DNA of 64,000 nucleotides from positions 1 to 64,000 of IMG/VR virus record IMGVR_UViG_3300030737_000007; one strand, given 5' to 3'. The notes beneath the pieces are model-generated. The model searched no databases and was not told where the DNA came from. It saw only the letters and a list, made by a program, of their open reading frames with translations. This document shows, piece by piece, positions 37,995 to 48,391 of this stretch. Numbering within the stretch: position 1 is the first letter of the stretch; the number at the start of each line of letters is the position of its first letter. Source of the DNA: a virus. Position numbers and translations under genes: made by a program.

Positions 37995-39131
37995 ATGGAA
38001 AACGTCCTCAAGCGCGGCAACCAGTACCACTACTCAGCCACAGTCGGCAACGGCAGAAGGCTCCGGGCCTCGCTCGGCACGTCATGTCCGAAGTCGGCCA
38101 AGCGCCTAGCCCACCGTATCGGTCTAGCCATAGCCTCGGGGCCGGACAGTGAGTTGTGGCCTACCTTACGCCTCACCCTGCCCACCCAGAGTTACCGCAC
38201 CATAGCCACGGGTATGAGCGTAACCGCGCCGCCCGACTTGGCAGAGTTCGAATCCCTGTTCAAAGAGAAGCTGGACCGGCGGGAGAAGTTGGGCGAGATC
38301 ACGGCCTCGACTCACAGTCTGTACGAGGCCGCCGCCGACAGCTTTTTCAACTGGCTAATCGGCCAGAAGATCGGCCAGATCTCAGAGGTAACCCCCTCAC
38401 TGGTAGAAAAGTACCAGGTCTGGCGCAAGGAAAGAGTGTCCGAGCGGCCCCAGTCTAAAAACGGGCGCTCCCTGCTGACGGACAACACGGTGCTGGCCGC
38501 TATCTTCGAACTCGCCCAGGAGGAAAGGCTGATCCAGAAGTCTCCGTTCAAAGGCCGATTCAGAGCGTACGGTGCGCCCAAGGGTGCTGAGCCGTTTACA
38601 CCGGAGGAGATGGCAAAGCTGGAGGCTGCGACCACAGACGGCGATCGCCTCGCATTCAAGATCTTCAAGTGGACAGGTATGCGTGGGTCAGATGTTGCTG
38701 ATCTTACTTGGGCGGCGCTTGACCACATCGGCAGGACACTGCGTTGGGAGACCCGGAAGCGCGGCGTTTGGGTTACCATCCCGATATCCGAAGCTCTTGC
38801 TGATCAGTTGGGTGCGCGTTGGTACAACTCAACTGTAGTAGTGGAGGACAAGGTGCTTTCTGGCATGACGCGCCCGAAGCTATACCGCATGATCAAAGAA
38901 CTTGGCATCCGGGCTGGCGTGCCCAACTGTCATCCCCACAGATTTCGTGACACTTTAGCCGTGACATTACTTGAGCGAGGTGCTACAATTTACGACGTAG
39001 CCAAAATGCTGGGCGACTCCGTTACGACCGTAGAGAAACACTATGCACCGTTTACCGGTCGATTGCAGGAACGGGTCCGCGGGATTTTAGATTCCAGCCG
39101 GGAGTTTATGGAATTCCGGACCACGGGATAG
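37995..39131 (+). CDS. int: Tyrosine recombinase/integrase
   Basis: TGMR, K (TRKRG), HPHRFRDT, LGD (in place of LGH) and EKHY catalytic motifs. Confidence 0.93.
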   Translation: MENVLKRGNQYHYSATVGNGRRLRASLGTSCPKSAKRLAHRIGLAIASGPDSELWPTLRLTLPTQSYRTIATGMSVTAPPDLAEFESLFKEKLDRREKLGEITASTHSLYEAAADSFFNWLIGQKIGQISEVTPSLVEKYQVWRKERVSERPQSKNGRSLLTDNTVLAAIFELAQEERLIQKSPFKGRFRAYGAPKGAEPFTPEEMAKLEAATTDGDRLAFKIFKWTGMRGSDVADLTWAALDHIGRTLRWETRKRGVWVTIPISEALADQLGARWYNSTVVVEDKVLSGMTRPKLYRMIKELGIRAGVPNCHPHRFRDTLAVTLLERGATIYDVAKMLGDSVTTVEKHYAPFTGRLQERVRGILDSSREFMEFRTTG

Positions 39132-39184
39132 TCGTACCTGCAATTTCTGTTGGAGCGCATCGACCGCCTCACCAGTAGCAAGCC

Positions 39185-39884
39185 CTGAGTAGCCCTTGGA
39201 GGAGAGAGAGATGGCAAAGCAATACGTAGTTTCAGAGGAAGAGTTCATGTCTCTCATTGAGAGCCTAGAACTCCACGCCCTGCGTAAGAACAACTTCATC
39301 CGCGACGACATGGGCAAGCCGCCAACGTTTGAAGAGATTCATCGCACGTATCACTACGTGGTTGTTCGATGGGTTCAGGCTATGGGCTTCGGCGGAGTCA
39401 GAAGGTAGCAGGCTCTGAGTAGCCCCTTAGAAGAGAGGAAAGAGAGAGAGATGAAAGATAAGCGACCGTTCGCGCCGAAGAGATTGTGGATTCTGATGCA
39501 CAGAGTATGTGGTGGCACCCAATGGGCGGCGTCGATGGACTATGCATTTCCTTGGACCACGAAAGCAGCAGCGATGAGGAAGATCAAGTCGCTCGGAGAA
39601 AAGGGAAAGAACTACAGGGCGTTCAGATTCGATTGCTCCACTACTGAGTAGCCCCAGAAGAGAGGAAGAGAGATATGGCGTTCAAGGTTTTTCACAGGCG
39701 CAAAAGCGCGAGCCGGGCCGCTTTCACCATCCGCCAAATCATAAAGAATGTGGAGATTTGGCATCGCATGGAAGCCGGAAGATGTGTAGGAGATTTTGTG
39801 CCAAAGACCGACTATGACAAGTTGTTGGAAACATGCCGCAGTTTACTGGAAGTCAACGAAGCTTTACGCGACGCTGAGTAGCCC
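39185..39884 (+). repeat. Four direct repeats CTGAGTAGCCC followed by purine-rich RBS tracts, period 230/229/230 bp
   Basis: Copies start at 39185, 39415, 39644 and 39874; each precedes one unrelated ORF of 60-70 codons. Confidence 0.9.
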
Positions 39885-40100
39885 TTACCCCAGCACCAGA
39901 AGGAGAGAGAGATGAAATATCCGAAGCGCAAAGTCCTGTCGATGAGATTCTATCGCGTCCGATGCAAGCTTGGTTACGGCTCAGTGATGATGCAGTTGGA
40001 GTGTGGTCACGCGCAGGGCAGGAAGCAGAGCGAGGCCAAGAATGTCGTCGCAGGAGTATCCACCGTCACATGCAAGCAATGTGACCCCCTGTAGCAAAGA

Positions 40101-40283
40101 ACTGATGCGCTGCTGCGAAACGAGGAGATACCGATGAGTCAGGAAGAAGGGATGAAACTGGCGTTCTGCTGCCGCTGTGGAATGCCGATGCTGCGCTCCG
40201 GTGACGAACCACTACACCACGTTAGGCTTCTACACGGACTTTTGTGTTGGCTGAACTATTCAAGAGACTGATGCGCTGCTGCG
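40101..40283 (+). repeat. Direct repeat ACTGATGCGCTGCTGCG x2 flanking a 45-aa ORF (40134-40271)
   Basis: Copies at 40101-40117 and 40267-40283. Confidence 0.85.
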
Positions 40284-40678
40284 CTGAAATGAGGAAATGA
40301 AATGAGCGAAGCGAGAGAGCCAATGATTGGAACTGGCCCATGTTATGCGCCTCGGCAGTGCTGCTTTTGCGGAGCCGTCCACGAGAAGGGTGCCGTGATG
40401 GGCTATGCGGGAGAGATTCAATGCGGAGTCTGCGGCAAGGGTGGCAACGGAGAACCTGACGAGCCGGGGATGTTTTACAAGCGCGTAGGGATGGCCTAAA
40501 TGAGCAACCTTAGCGAAATGGATGAACCCTGCAAGTGCGGCCATCCTCGACATGTCCACGTAATTCGCATGATAAACACCAAGTGTGACTTTGGCTGCGC
40601 ACACGGCTTATGGAGCGACAAGGAATGTCCATGCGTGAAGTTCGTTTCCGTCGCACCACCTGAAGCAAAGTAGTCCCA

Positions 40679-40909
40679 CCACACCATAAGGAGCCACCAT
40701 GACACCGAAACAGCGCAAGATTTGGAGTGATCGGATGATTCAGAAAGAAATTCGAATGCTCAACTTCTACCGAGCTCCTCTCGCGAATAATGATCCTCCT
40801 GATGGATCATTTCTCATGGGCGCATTCTTGCAGGGATGGGATTCTGCGATGCGGGCCTCGCGGAAAAACCCCAAATCAAAGCCAACGAAGTAGCCACACC
40901 ATAAGGAGC
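40679..40909 (+). repeat. Direct repeat CCACACCATAAGGAGC x2 flanking ORF 40699-40893
   Basis: Copies at 40679-40694 and 40894-40909, each shortly after an AAGTAG stop. Confidence 0.85.
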
Positions 40910-40913
40910 AGAG

Positions 40914-41636
40914 ATGGACGACAGAGATTTTGCAGACATGGAAACCGAGGACTTCGAGCGCGAACAGGACGATTTACGCGCCAAGCTCCCAGCAGATGCT
41001 AGCCTCTCAGAGCCGCAGGAGATTCTTGGAGAGTGCGATTACAGACTCGAAGGGCCGCACAAGAAAACTCCCGAGTGTAAGAACTGGAAGGCAGCCCCAA
41101 CAGCAGCAGGGAGCGAGGAGCCGACGTCTCAGCCACGGTGCAGGAATTGCGGCCAGTTCAAAGCCATGCACGAAGGATGGAGATGGTGCGTTGGCGATCC
41201 GTGGGAGGATCATAAGAAATTCTTCATCCCCGGCGACGAACCCGAGGCCACGCAGGACTCTCCGAATAAGCCCCTAGACACACAAGAACTGCCGCCGCTG
41301 GGAATGACAATCATCACCCGAGAAGATGTAAGGCGAGCGCTGGGAATCCGTGAGCGCCAGTTACGCGAAGCCCGGGCTCGGCTCTCCCAGCTTGAGAAAG
41401 AGAACCAGTGGATCAGCGTGGAGCAGGAGTTGCCTACCGAGCGCGAGCAGGTAATGATCTCCACCGCTATCGCAGGAATAATGCTGTCCTCATGGTTTTG
41501 CTGGTTTCCAGAGAAGGGTGACCCGCCTTTATGGCACAACGTTCTTCGGGAATTTGGAGAAGTTACCCACTGGCGTCCTCTTCCATCCCCTCCCAGGGAG
41601 GCACTAAGCTCCGGGTCCGAAAGGAATTCCAGATAA
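40914..41636 (+). CDS. Mosaic hypothetical protein with C-terminal DUF551-like domain
   Basis: WISVEQELP...VTHWRPLPSPP. Confidence 0.7.
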   Translation: MDDRDFADMETEDFEREQDDLRAKLPADASLSEPQEILGECDYRLEGPHKKTPECKNWKAAPTAAGSEEPTSQPRCRNCGQFKAMHEGWRWCVGDPWEDHKKFFIPGDEPEATQDSPNKPLDTQELPPLGMTIITREDVRRALGIRERQLREARARLSQLEKENQWISVEQELPTEREQVMISTAIAGIMLSSWFCWFPEKGDPPLWHNVLREFGEVTHWRPLPSPPREALSSGSERNSR

Positions 41637-42255
41637 TGGAAACCCATGACCTGATAAACGAAGTAGTCAACCAGGCGAACATGATCGATAAAGGTATGAC
41701 CAAGATGCGGGCCAAATACTCTTTCTCAGGCACGCCGCCGGAAGGACTGAACGAAAAGTTCGCCGCGGACGCAAAAGAGTTTATGCAGTGGCACAAAATT
41801 GGTATAAGATAAGAAAGAGGACAAAATGAGATTGGGCGCAGAACCGAGCATAACTGTAAACGGTGTAGTTCTATCACAGGCCGAAGCCATGACGTTGCGG
41901 GTGGCGCTAGGTTCATTCGTTATTTCCCTCCTCTCGGAGGGATTGGGTGAAGATGAAACTGGTCTCGCCATTTCACAGGGATACAAACGTTGCGCCGATA
42001 GCATTCATAAACTTATGTGGAGGAAACCATGAACCGTCAAGAATTCGACAACGCACTTTACATCAAACCCAGTGGCCGCGAAGACCGCGAGGCCCGAGAA
42101 AAGTCTAACACCCGCCGGTTCTGGTTTCTGTGCGTTCCGGGCGGTGCGCTGGCCGCGTTTATCGTGGCGCTGGTATCCGGCTCGGGCGGGGTATTCTTCT
42201 GGGCCTGGCTGGTGTTTACCTTTCTGATTTACGGGCTTAGTATTCCGGAGGGGAA

Positions 42256-42870
42256 ATGAATTCTCAAGTTGAGAAACCAGTGGTGATGTTCGATAGCCCC
42301 GAAGCTGCCACGTATCGGACGGACATAAAGGGTTGGGTCTCGCGGGGCGGCTTGTTCTATGGGGACAACCCAGGATCGGAGCGTGGCGCGCGCTGGAGCG
42401 GCTGTACACACCAGACTTGCGAATGCGGGGCCGTTCACGAAAAGAGCCGCAGCATTTGCTGGGCCTGCGTTTCCAAACAGAGGGACGAGAAGTACAACGC
42501 CCTTCCTATGGTGGAGTGGGATGAAGCCACACCTATCTGCACGTTCGACGACGACAAGTTCTTCTTTGACGAGTCCTCCCTGCTGGACTGGATGGGTGAA
42601 CTCAAGTGGGAGGCGGAGCAACGGGGCGAAGGGCTACCGTGCGTTCAGCTTGTGCTCTGTACACCTCACCGGCTCGGGTATATCGACGAGGACCAGTGGG
42701 CCGACGACTTAGCTGAGGACGGAGAACTCCCCGCCGAGGTACAGGAAAAGCTGGACGAATTAAACGAGGCCATCAAGCGCGCGCCGGTGGTATCGTGGTG
42801 GGCTGGGGCGACCCGGATCGACGTGGAGAAGCTGTGGGAGCAGGTCGCGGCTGAGGAAGTTTCCGGATAA
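42256..42870 (+). CDS. Conserved phage hypothetical protein
   Basis: 204 aa; GWVSR.G.FYG...E..ARWSGCTH..C.CG. Confidence 0.65.
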   Translation: MNSQVEKPVVMFDSPEAATYRTDIKGWVSRGGLFYGDNPGSERGARWSGCTHQTCECGAVHEKSRSICWACVSKQRDEKYNALPMVEWDEATPICTFDDDKFFFDESSLLDWMGELKWEAEQRGEGLPCVQLVLCTPHRLGYIDEDQWADDLAEDGELPAEVQEKLDELNEAIKRAPVVSWWAGATRIDVEKLWEQVAAEEVSG

Positions 42871-45005
42871 TGGAAACGGACTTTTACCTCGACTGGGAAG
42901 TAAAATCTGTTGTGGCCCTAGATGTTCACGGGCTCGACAGGTACGCTAAGGATCCTTCGACGGCGATCCTGATGGGGGCGTACGCCGAGGGAGATCACGC
43001 ACCCAAACTCTGGCAGCCTCACCTCGAACCCAAGATGCCCGCCGAGCTGCGTGAGGCGCTTGAAGACCCGATGGTCGCTATCCACGCATGGCACAGCGCC
43101 TTTGAAAGGGTGATTTCCAAGAATGTGCTGAAGATCGACAAGCCCATCCCTGAGTGGAGATGTTCGATGTCCGCAGCGCGTTATTTGAGCTTGCCGGGAA
43201 GCCTGGACGACGCAGGCAAGATTCTGGGTCTGCGTGAAGACCAAGCCAAGATGAAGATCGGCGACAAGTTGATTCGGAAGTTTTGTATCCCGGAAGACCT
43301 TGGCGGAGAAACTACACTTTTCGGAATGAGCGAGCCCACTTTCCGATCCTGGGCGACGGACCCCGCCGAATGGGAATTATTTTGCGATTACTGCAAGCAG
43401 GATGTAGTTGCGGAGCGCGCCATCCTCAAAAAGATCCGCAAGTTCCCGTTGCCCGACTTCGAATGGGACACGTATTATCTCAACGAAATGGTCAATGCTA
43501 CTGGGTGGCCAGTGGACATGCGTCTCGTGACCGGGGCGCGTGAGATTGTCGTGCGGGAATTAGAACGCCTCGGTACCCGACTGCACGAACTCACAAAATT
43601 AGACAATTCTAACTCCGTGGAACAGTTACTACCCTGGTTAAGGGATCGTGGGTACAACTTCTCGTCGCTGAATAAAACCCTCGTCGCGCGCGCGCTCGAA
43701 GACACCCAACTGTCCGAGGACGCCCGAGAGGTTCTGATCCTGCGCGGCCAGACTTCCAAGTCATCGGTACGGAAGTACACCAACATCGCGGACATGGTGA
43801 GCTTGGACGGGCGGCTGCGGCACCAGTACACTTACTACGGCGCGGCGAGAACTGGGCGGAATGCTGCGCACGGTGTTAACGTCGGAAATCTCCCAAAACC
43901 AGTCAAGTCAGTCGAAAAGCACCTGGAGCGAGCGATCGAACTGGTGCGCGCCGGAGACTACGAGGGAGTCAAGCGAGAGTTTGACAAGCCTCTGGACGTG
44001 ATTACCTCGACCGTCCGTGCGTCCTTTCGAGCGGAGGACGGGAGTAAGTTTATCGTTTCGGATCTCACGTCAATCGAGAACGTAGCGATCATGTTCCTGT
44101 CTCGGTGCGTCTCGGGGCTAAAGGTGTTTGAGGAGAAGCGTGATCCCTACCTGGACTTCGCCGTCCACTTCTTCAAACAGAGTTACGCCGACCTCTACGC
44201 CGAGTACAAGGCGGGGGACAAGTCGAAGCGTACGCTGTGTAAACCAGCCTCCCTCGGATCTGGCTTTGGCTTGGGCGCGGGCGAAGAGTTCCTAGACGCA
44301 GACGGTAACAAACAGTGGAGCGGTCTCCTGAAATATGCCCGAGACATGGGAGTAATCATGACCCAGGAAGAGGCCACCAAAGCCATCGCTGTGTTCCGGA
44401 AAGTTTATCCCGAGGTGCCGCAGATCTGGAAGGACCTAGAGCGCGCCGCCGTCCGGGCCATACGAAACCCCGGATCATTGGTAGGCGTGGGCGTGCCTCA
44501 GTCGGACAAAGATCGTGAGTGGTATCTATCTAGAGGGCGCGCCGTAGACTTAGAGCCGTTCCTATCCTTCCGGTGCCACGGTAAGAAGATACTGGAATTG
44601 ATCCTGCCATCTGGGCGATCGCTGCATTACATTGACCCTCGCGTCGAAGAGGAACCAGCGGTTTGGGAAGGCAGATCGTACACCCGCCAGAAAATCATGT
44701 ACTACGGCAAGCAACAGAACACGTCCGCTTGGGGTTTGGTTCCCACATTCGGCGGCAAGTTGCTGGAAAACAGTGCCCAGAGCTGGGCCCGAGACATCCT
44801 CATGGAGGGCATGAAGAACGCTGCTGCGATGGGATTCGAAGTTGTCGGATCGACGTATGACGAGATCATCGCGCTGGTGCCTAATGATTCCCCCCTTGGG
44901 GTGGACCAGTTATGCGAGTGCATGACGCGGAAACCCTCGTGGATGCCCGATGGCATACCTCTTGGCGCGGCTGGTTTTGAGACACAAGAATACCGAAAAG
45001 ATTAG
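42870..45005 (+). CDS. polA: Family A DNA polymerase with 3'-5' exonuclease
   Basis: DWE exonuclease I, YCKQDV exonuclease III, ARTGR, SDLTSIE (A), RTLCKPASLGSGFG (B), ENSAQ, TYDEII (C). Confidence 0.92.
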   Translation: METDFYLDWEVKSVVALDVHGLDRYAKDPSTAILMGAYAEGDHAPKLWQPHLEPKMPAELREALEDPMVAIHAWHSAFERVISKNVLKIDKPIPEWRCSMSAARYLSLPGSLDDAGKILGLREDQAKMKIGDKLIRKFCIPEDLGGETTLFGMSEPTFRSWATDPAEWELFCDYCKQDVVAERAILKKIRKFPLPDFEWDTYYLNEMVNATGWPVDMRLVTGAREIVVRELERLGTRLHELTKLDNSNSVEQLLPWLRDRGYNFSSLNKTLVARALEDTQLSEDAREVLILRGQTSKSSVRKYTNIADMVSLDGRLRHQYTYYGAARTGRNAAHGVNVGNLPKPVKSVEKHLERAIELVRAGDYEGVKREFDKPLDVITSTVRASFRAEDGSKFIVSDLTSIENVAIMFLSRCVSGLKVFEEKRDPYLDFAVHFFKQSYADLYAEYKAGDKSKRTLCKPASLGSGFGLGAGEEFLDADGNKQWSGLLKYARDMGVIMTQEEATKAIAVFRKVYPEVPQIWKDLERAAVRAIRNPGSLVGVGVPQSDKDREWYLSRGRAVDLEPFLSFRCHGKKILELILPSGRSLHYIDPRVEEEPAVWEGRSYTRQKIMYYGKQQNTSAWGLVPTFGGKLLENSAQSWARDILMEGMKNAAAMGFEVVGSTYDEIIALVPNDSPLGVDQLCECMTRKPSWMPDGIPLGAAGFETQEYRKD

Positions 45006-45122
45006 TTGACATTTACGTCCCCGCGTGTGCTATATTCAATTCAACACAAACGTACTGGAGACAGGGACTCAGCGCTTGACCGTCATCTCCCTGTATTTTT
45101 CCGGACCCAAAGGAGAAACACC

Positions 45123-45389
45123 ATGAAGCAAATTGTGAGCGTAGTAGAAGTAGACGGCGAGGGCCTAGAAGCCCTCCTTAACCAAGATGTCCTGCTGTTC
45201 GGACTCAACTATATCTATGCCGGGAAATTAGTCGGCGTGAACACAACTTTTGTCAAACTAGAAAACGCGAAGATCGTGTACGAGACCGGTTCGTTTACTG
45301 ATAAGGGATACAAAGACGCACAGCCGCTGCCCGGCGCTTCGTGGTATGTCCAGACCTCCGCCATTGAGTCTTTCGGCCTCGGAAAGTAG
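45123..45389 (+). CDS. Small beta-barrel (Sm-like) hypothetical protein
   Basis: AAGGAG RBS; YIYAGKLVGVN...VKLENA.IVYETG. Confidence 0.65.
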   Translation: MKQIVSVVEVDGEGLEALLNQDVLLFGLNYIYAGKLVGVNTTFVKLENAKIVYETGSFTDKGYKDAQPLPGASWYVQTSAIESFGLGK

Positions 45390-45395
45390 GCGGCT

Positions 45396-45623
45396 ATGGC
45401 CCGTTCAAGCAAACAAAAATACCGCTCTTTATGGTCGCGGTCGGGGTCGCGGTCGGGGTCGGGGTCGTGGTCGGGGTCGTGGTCGGGGTCGGGGTCGTGG
45501 TCGGGGTCGTGGTCGGGGTCGCGGTCGCGGTCGCGGTCGGGGTCGCGGTCGGGGTCGTGGTCGCGGTCGCGGTCGCGGTCGTGGTCGTGGTCGCGGTCGG
45601 GGTCGGGGTCGTGGTCGCTATAA
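45396..45623 (+). CDS. Low-complexity S(G/R/W) dipeptide-repeat protein
   Basis: About 30 tandem hexamers TCGBGG (45435-45617) reading SRSGSW... Confidence 0.55.
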   Translation: MARSSKQKYRSLWSRSGSRSGSGSWSGSWSGSGSWSGSWSGSRSRSRSGSRSGSWSRSRSRSWSWSRSGSGSWSL

Positions 45624-46723
45624 CTTAACTCTAACTGCCCGCCGGGAGCAATATCCCGGTTTTCCAGATAATGGAAAGAGGTCGCACATGACGATCGAAG
45701 AAGCCACAGAAGAACTCCTTGACTTGGTGTACGACCCGCCGATCTTCCACTCCGATCCGTACGTCCAACGAAAATCAGTATAGACTTCTATAGCGGACAT
45801 CCTGGAAGGGTACGAGCCTGCTTTGCCGCCGGTTTGCCCCGAGTGTTCGCACAAGGACAGAGAGCATGACCGACTCGTAGATGAGAATACTGATATGGCG
45901 GGCGACATAGAGGATTTGGAACGCAAACTCGGGAGACTTCTAGAACAAAACGAGACCTTGCAAGACCGCAACATCTGTCTGAGCGCGCGATTGCGGGAGC
46001 TAGAAGGCGAATGACTTACTGGGGCCGAGTAACCGTTGCCGTGCTGTTCTTCTTTGCCGGAGTTGCCTTCCTCGGTGTGGGCAGTGTTAGTTTTTGGTGT
46101 TTTGCTGGGGCCGCAGTCGCTGTATTCTGGCCCAGAGGGAAGTATGACTGAACTTGAAGAGATGCGGGCCCGAGTGATAAAACTTGAGGCCCGGGTAGCA
46201 AGGCTCAAAAAGCGGCTGCTCAAGAAGAAGAAATACGAAGCGGGGTATTTGCAGGCTACGTCGGCTACCCCACAGTTGAGAGATTTGATTGACCAGAAAG
46301 ATCGGGCCGTGCTCGAAGATTGATTCCAGATAATGGAAAAGGAGAGGTATGGACAAGTCTCGCAGTTCTGTAAGCGTGTTTATCGGGTGGATGGCGGCTA
46401 TTATAATGGACGGGGTTGCCCCCAAAGCCAGTATTTGGGTGATTATCGGGTTTAGTTTTGCCGCCTACTCGGCAGCGGCGGTCATTGAGCACTTCCGTCA
46501 CGAAAAGGAACTGAACAAACTTCGCTGGCCCAAGGCGCTAGACTAATGGCTAACATCCTACAAGCAACCGAGTGGCTGAAGCAGCACAAGCGCGTCCGGC
46601 GCGCCAGCATGGGCGAGAAGGGTCACTTCGGTCTTACGCCGTCCGGGTTCGTCGTGTTCTCCGAGCCGGACTTCACCGCCACACTGCATATCAATGACCT
46701 GCTGGCGGAAGATTGGGAAGTAG

Positions 46724-47671
46724 ATGAGTAGCTTAGCTGAAATCCTCCGCCCGCAAAAACTCGACGACCTGCTGGGAAACTCTGGGATCAAAAAAGTTGT
46801 ACAATCCTGGATCGACACGGACAACTTCCCTCGGTGTCAGCTCTACACCGGCCCGGTCGGCACGGGGAAGAGTTCTCTTGCGGCGATCGTGGCGCGCGCT
46901 TGCCAAGGGAAGGGTGACTTCGAAGGCGCGGACATCCGTTCTATCAACGCCGGGGCCGTCGGGAAGGTAGACGACATGCGGGAACTAGCCGCCGAGTCCG
47001 CCAGCCGCCCGTTCCTTGGCCGCTATAGAGTGTTCATTCTAGAAGAGTTTCAGAGGTGTACGGACGCCGCACAGGACGCGATCCTTGTGCCTATGGAGAA
47101 TAACCCTTGGACAGTGTGGCTCCTTACAAGTTCTGAACCCGCCAAGATCTTGGCTTCGATCAAGTCCAGGTGTTCGGCGGCTACGTTCGAGCTGAAGCCC
47201 CTGAACCGAGGAGAGATTGCAGACTTAGTGTTGCGCGCCGCCCCCTCGGTTGCCTCTGGGACAGGCGTAGGCGTCGGAGATTTCCTCAGCAGCAAGGGCA
47301 TCACATCTCCCCGGGAAATTCTGGGTGTTCTCGATCAGCACCTGTCCGGACTGCCCCTCGAAGAGTGTATACACGGATCCGAGCACGAGCCCCTCTACTC
47401 CGCCGTAGCCTCAGCCGTGCTGTCCGGAAACTGGACAAAGACCGCCGGGCTGCTGGCCCAGATCCCTACCGCAGACTACCGAGGTATGGTGGCTATGGTA
47501 TCGGCGTACCTGGCGGGGGCACTGCTGAAGGAGCCGGTTGGAGCGCGCGCAGACGGATTGGCGGCCTGCCTGGTCGGGCTCGGGTCGAACCAGTTTGCGG
47601 ATGGCGTAGCGTACGCGGCGGCTAAGGGTCTACTTTACAAATGTGCAAAGATTTTAGGAGGCGGCAAATGA
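46724..47671 (+). CDS. Clamp-loader AAA+ subunit (DnaX/RFC-like)
   Basis: LRPQ..DDLLG, GPVGTGKSS, FILEE and SRC motifs. Confidence 0.88.
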   Translation: MSSLAEILRPQKLDDLLGNSGIKKVVQSWIDTDNFPRCQLYTGPVGTGKSSLAAIVARACQGKGDFEGADIRSINAGAVGKVDDMRELAAESASRPFLGRYRVFILEEFQRCTDAAQDAILVPMENNPWTVWLLTSSEPAKILASIKSRCSAATFELKPLNRGEIADLVLRAAPSVASGTGVGVGDFLSSKGITSPREILGVLDQHLSGLPLEECIHGSEHEPLYSAVASAVLSGNWTKTAGLLAQIPTADYRGMVAMVSAYLAGALLKEPVGARADGLAACLVGLGSNQFADGVAYAAAKGLLYKCAKILGGGK

Positions 47672-48382
47672 GCAGTGAACTCACAAACCTGTTGCAAGAA
47701 ACTTTAGAAACCCTGCGAGATAACGGCAAGACCTCCTCCGACGTGATTTGGGTCGGCAGTGGAGACGGCACAAAAGCCATTACCTGGGACCTGTTTGCCG
47801 AATTCGCCAACGTCGGATATGACTCAGGGTGCGGTGGTCATGAGATAAATGGCGGCTTGGTCGTGGTCGGAGACGACTGGTGGCTTGAACGCGGTGAGTA
47901 CGACGGTTCGGAGTGGTGGGATTTCAAAGAGCGTCCCCGCCTCCAAGAAAATCCCCTCCCGTTTAACAACGTTCTGCTGCGGGGCTATCAGGATGCTTGG
48001 ACAATTTAGCTTTCCATTAGCTGGAATTTGTGGTAAAATTGAATTCTCAAATTGAGAAAGAGGACGTATGACTACAGAGGAGCTTTCTGAATTCTACGAT
48101 GAACACAAAGACGAATTTCTCCACTTCGAGCGCGTCGAAGACAAGATAACCAACCGCCCGGATCTTCACGCTTTTCTCCGGCTTGATAAACTATTACCCA
48201 ACGCAGACCCCGTGGGGCGAGGTGCGGACGATATTGTTAGCGGAGCCGACCATGACGTTATTTACATCGGAATAGATGTCGAGGAACTCTTGGCCGTAGC
48301 CACTGATGACCAACTTATCGAACTTTACCGCTGCGGAATCTTCTACAGCGAAGACAACGATGCCCTCATTTCATTCGTCTAA
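47668..48382 (+). other. Two hypothetical genes (47668-48009, 48068-48382)
   Basis: ORFs with RBS, separated by a motif A/extended -10/palindrome B promoter (48011-48058). Confidence 0.6.
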
Positions 48383-48391
48383 AGGAGTAAC

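Noticed and set aside
39090-39190. attP next to the integrase
   Set aside because: No tRNA-like core or arm repeats identifiable by eye; needs the host sequence.
39185-39884. CRISPR array
   Set aside because: Repeats are only 11 bp and the ~220-bp intervals are intact ORFs with RBSs; no cas operon (54773..55924 is a stand-alone phage nuclease).
45346-45783. Poly-GR ORF as the real gene
   Set aside because: Overlaps the upstream gene; the variable base is silent in this frame, so it cannot be excluded, but the ATG at 45396 and stop right after the repeat fit the S-repeat frame better.
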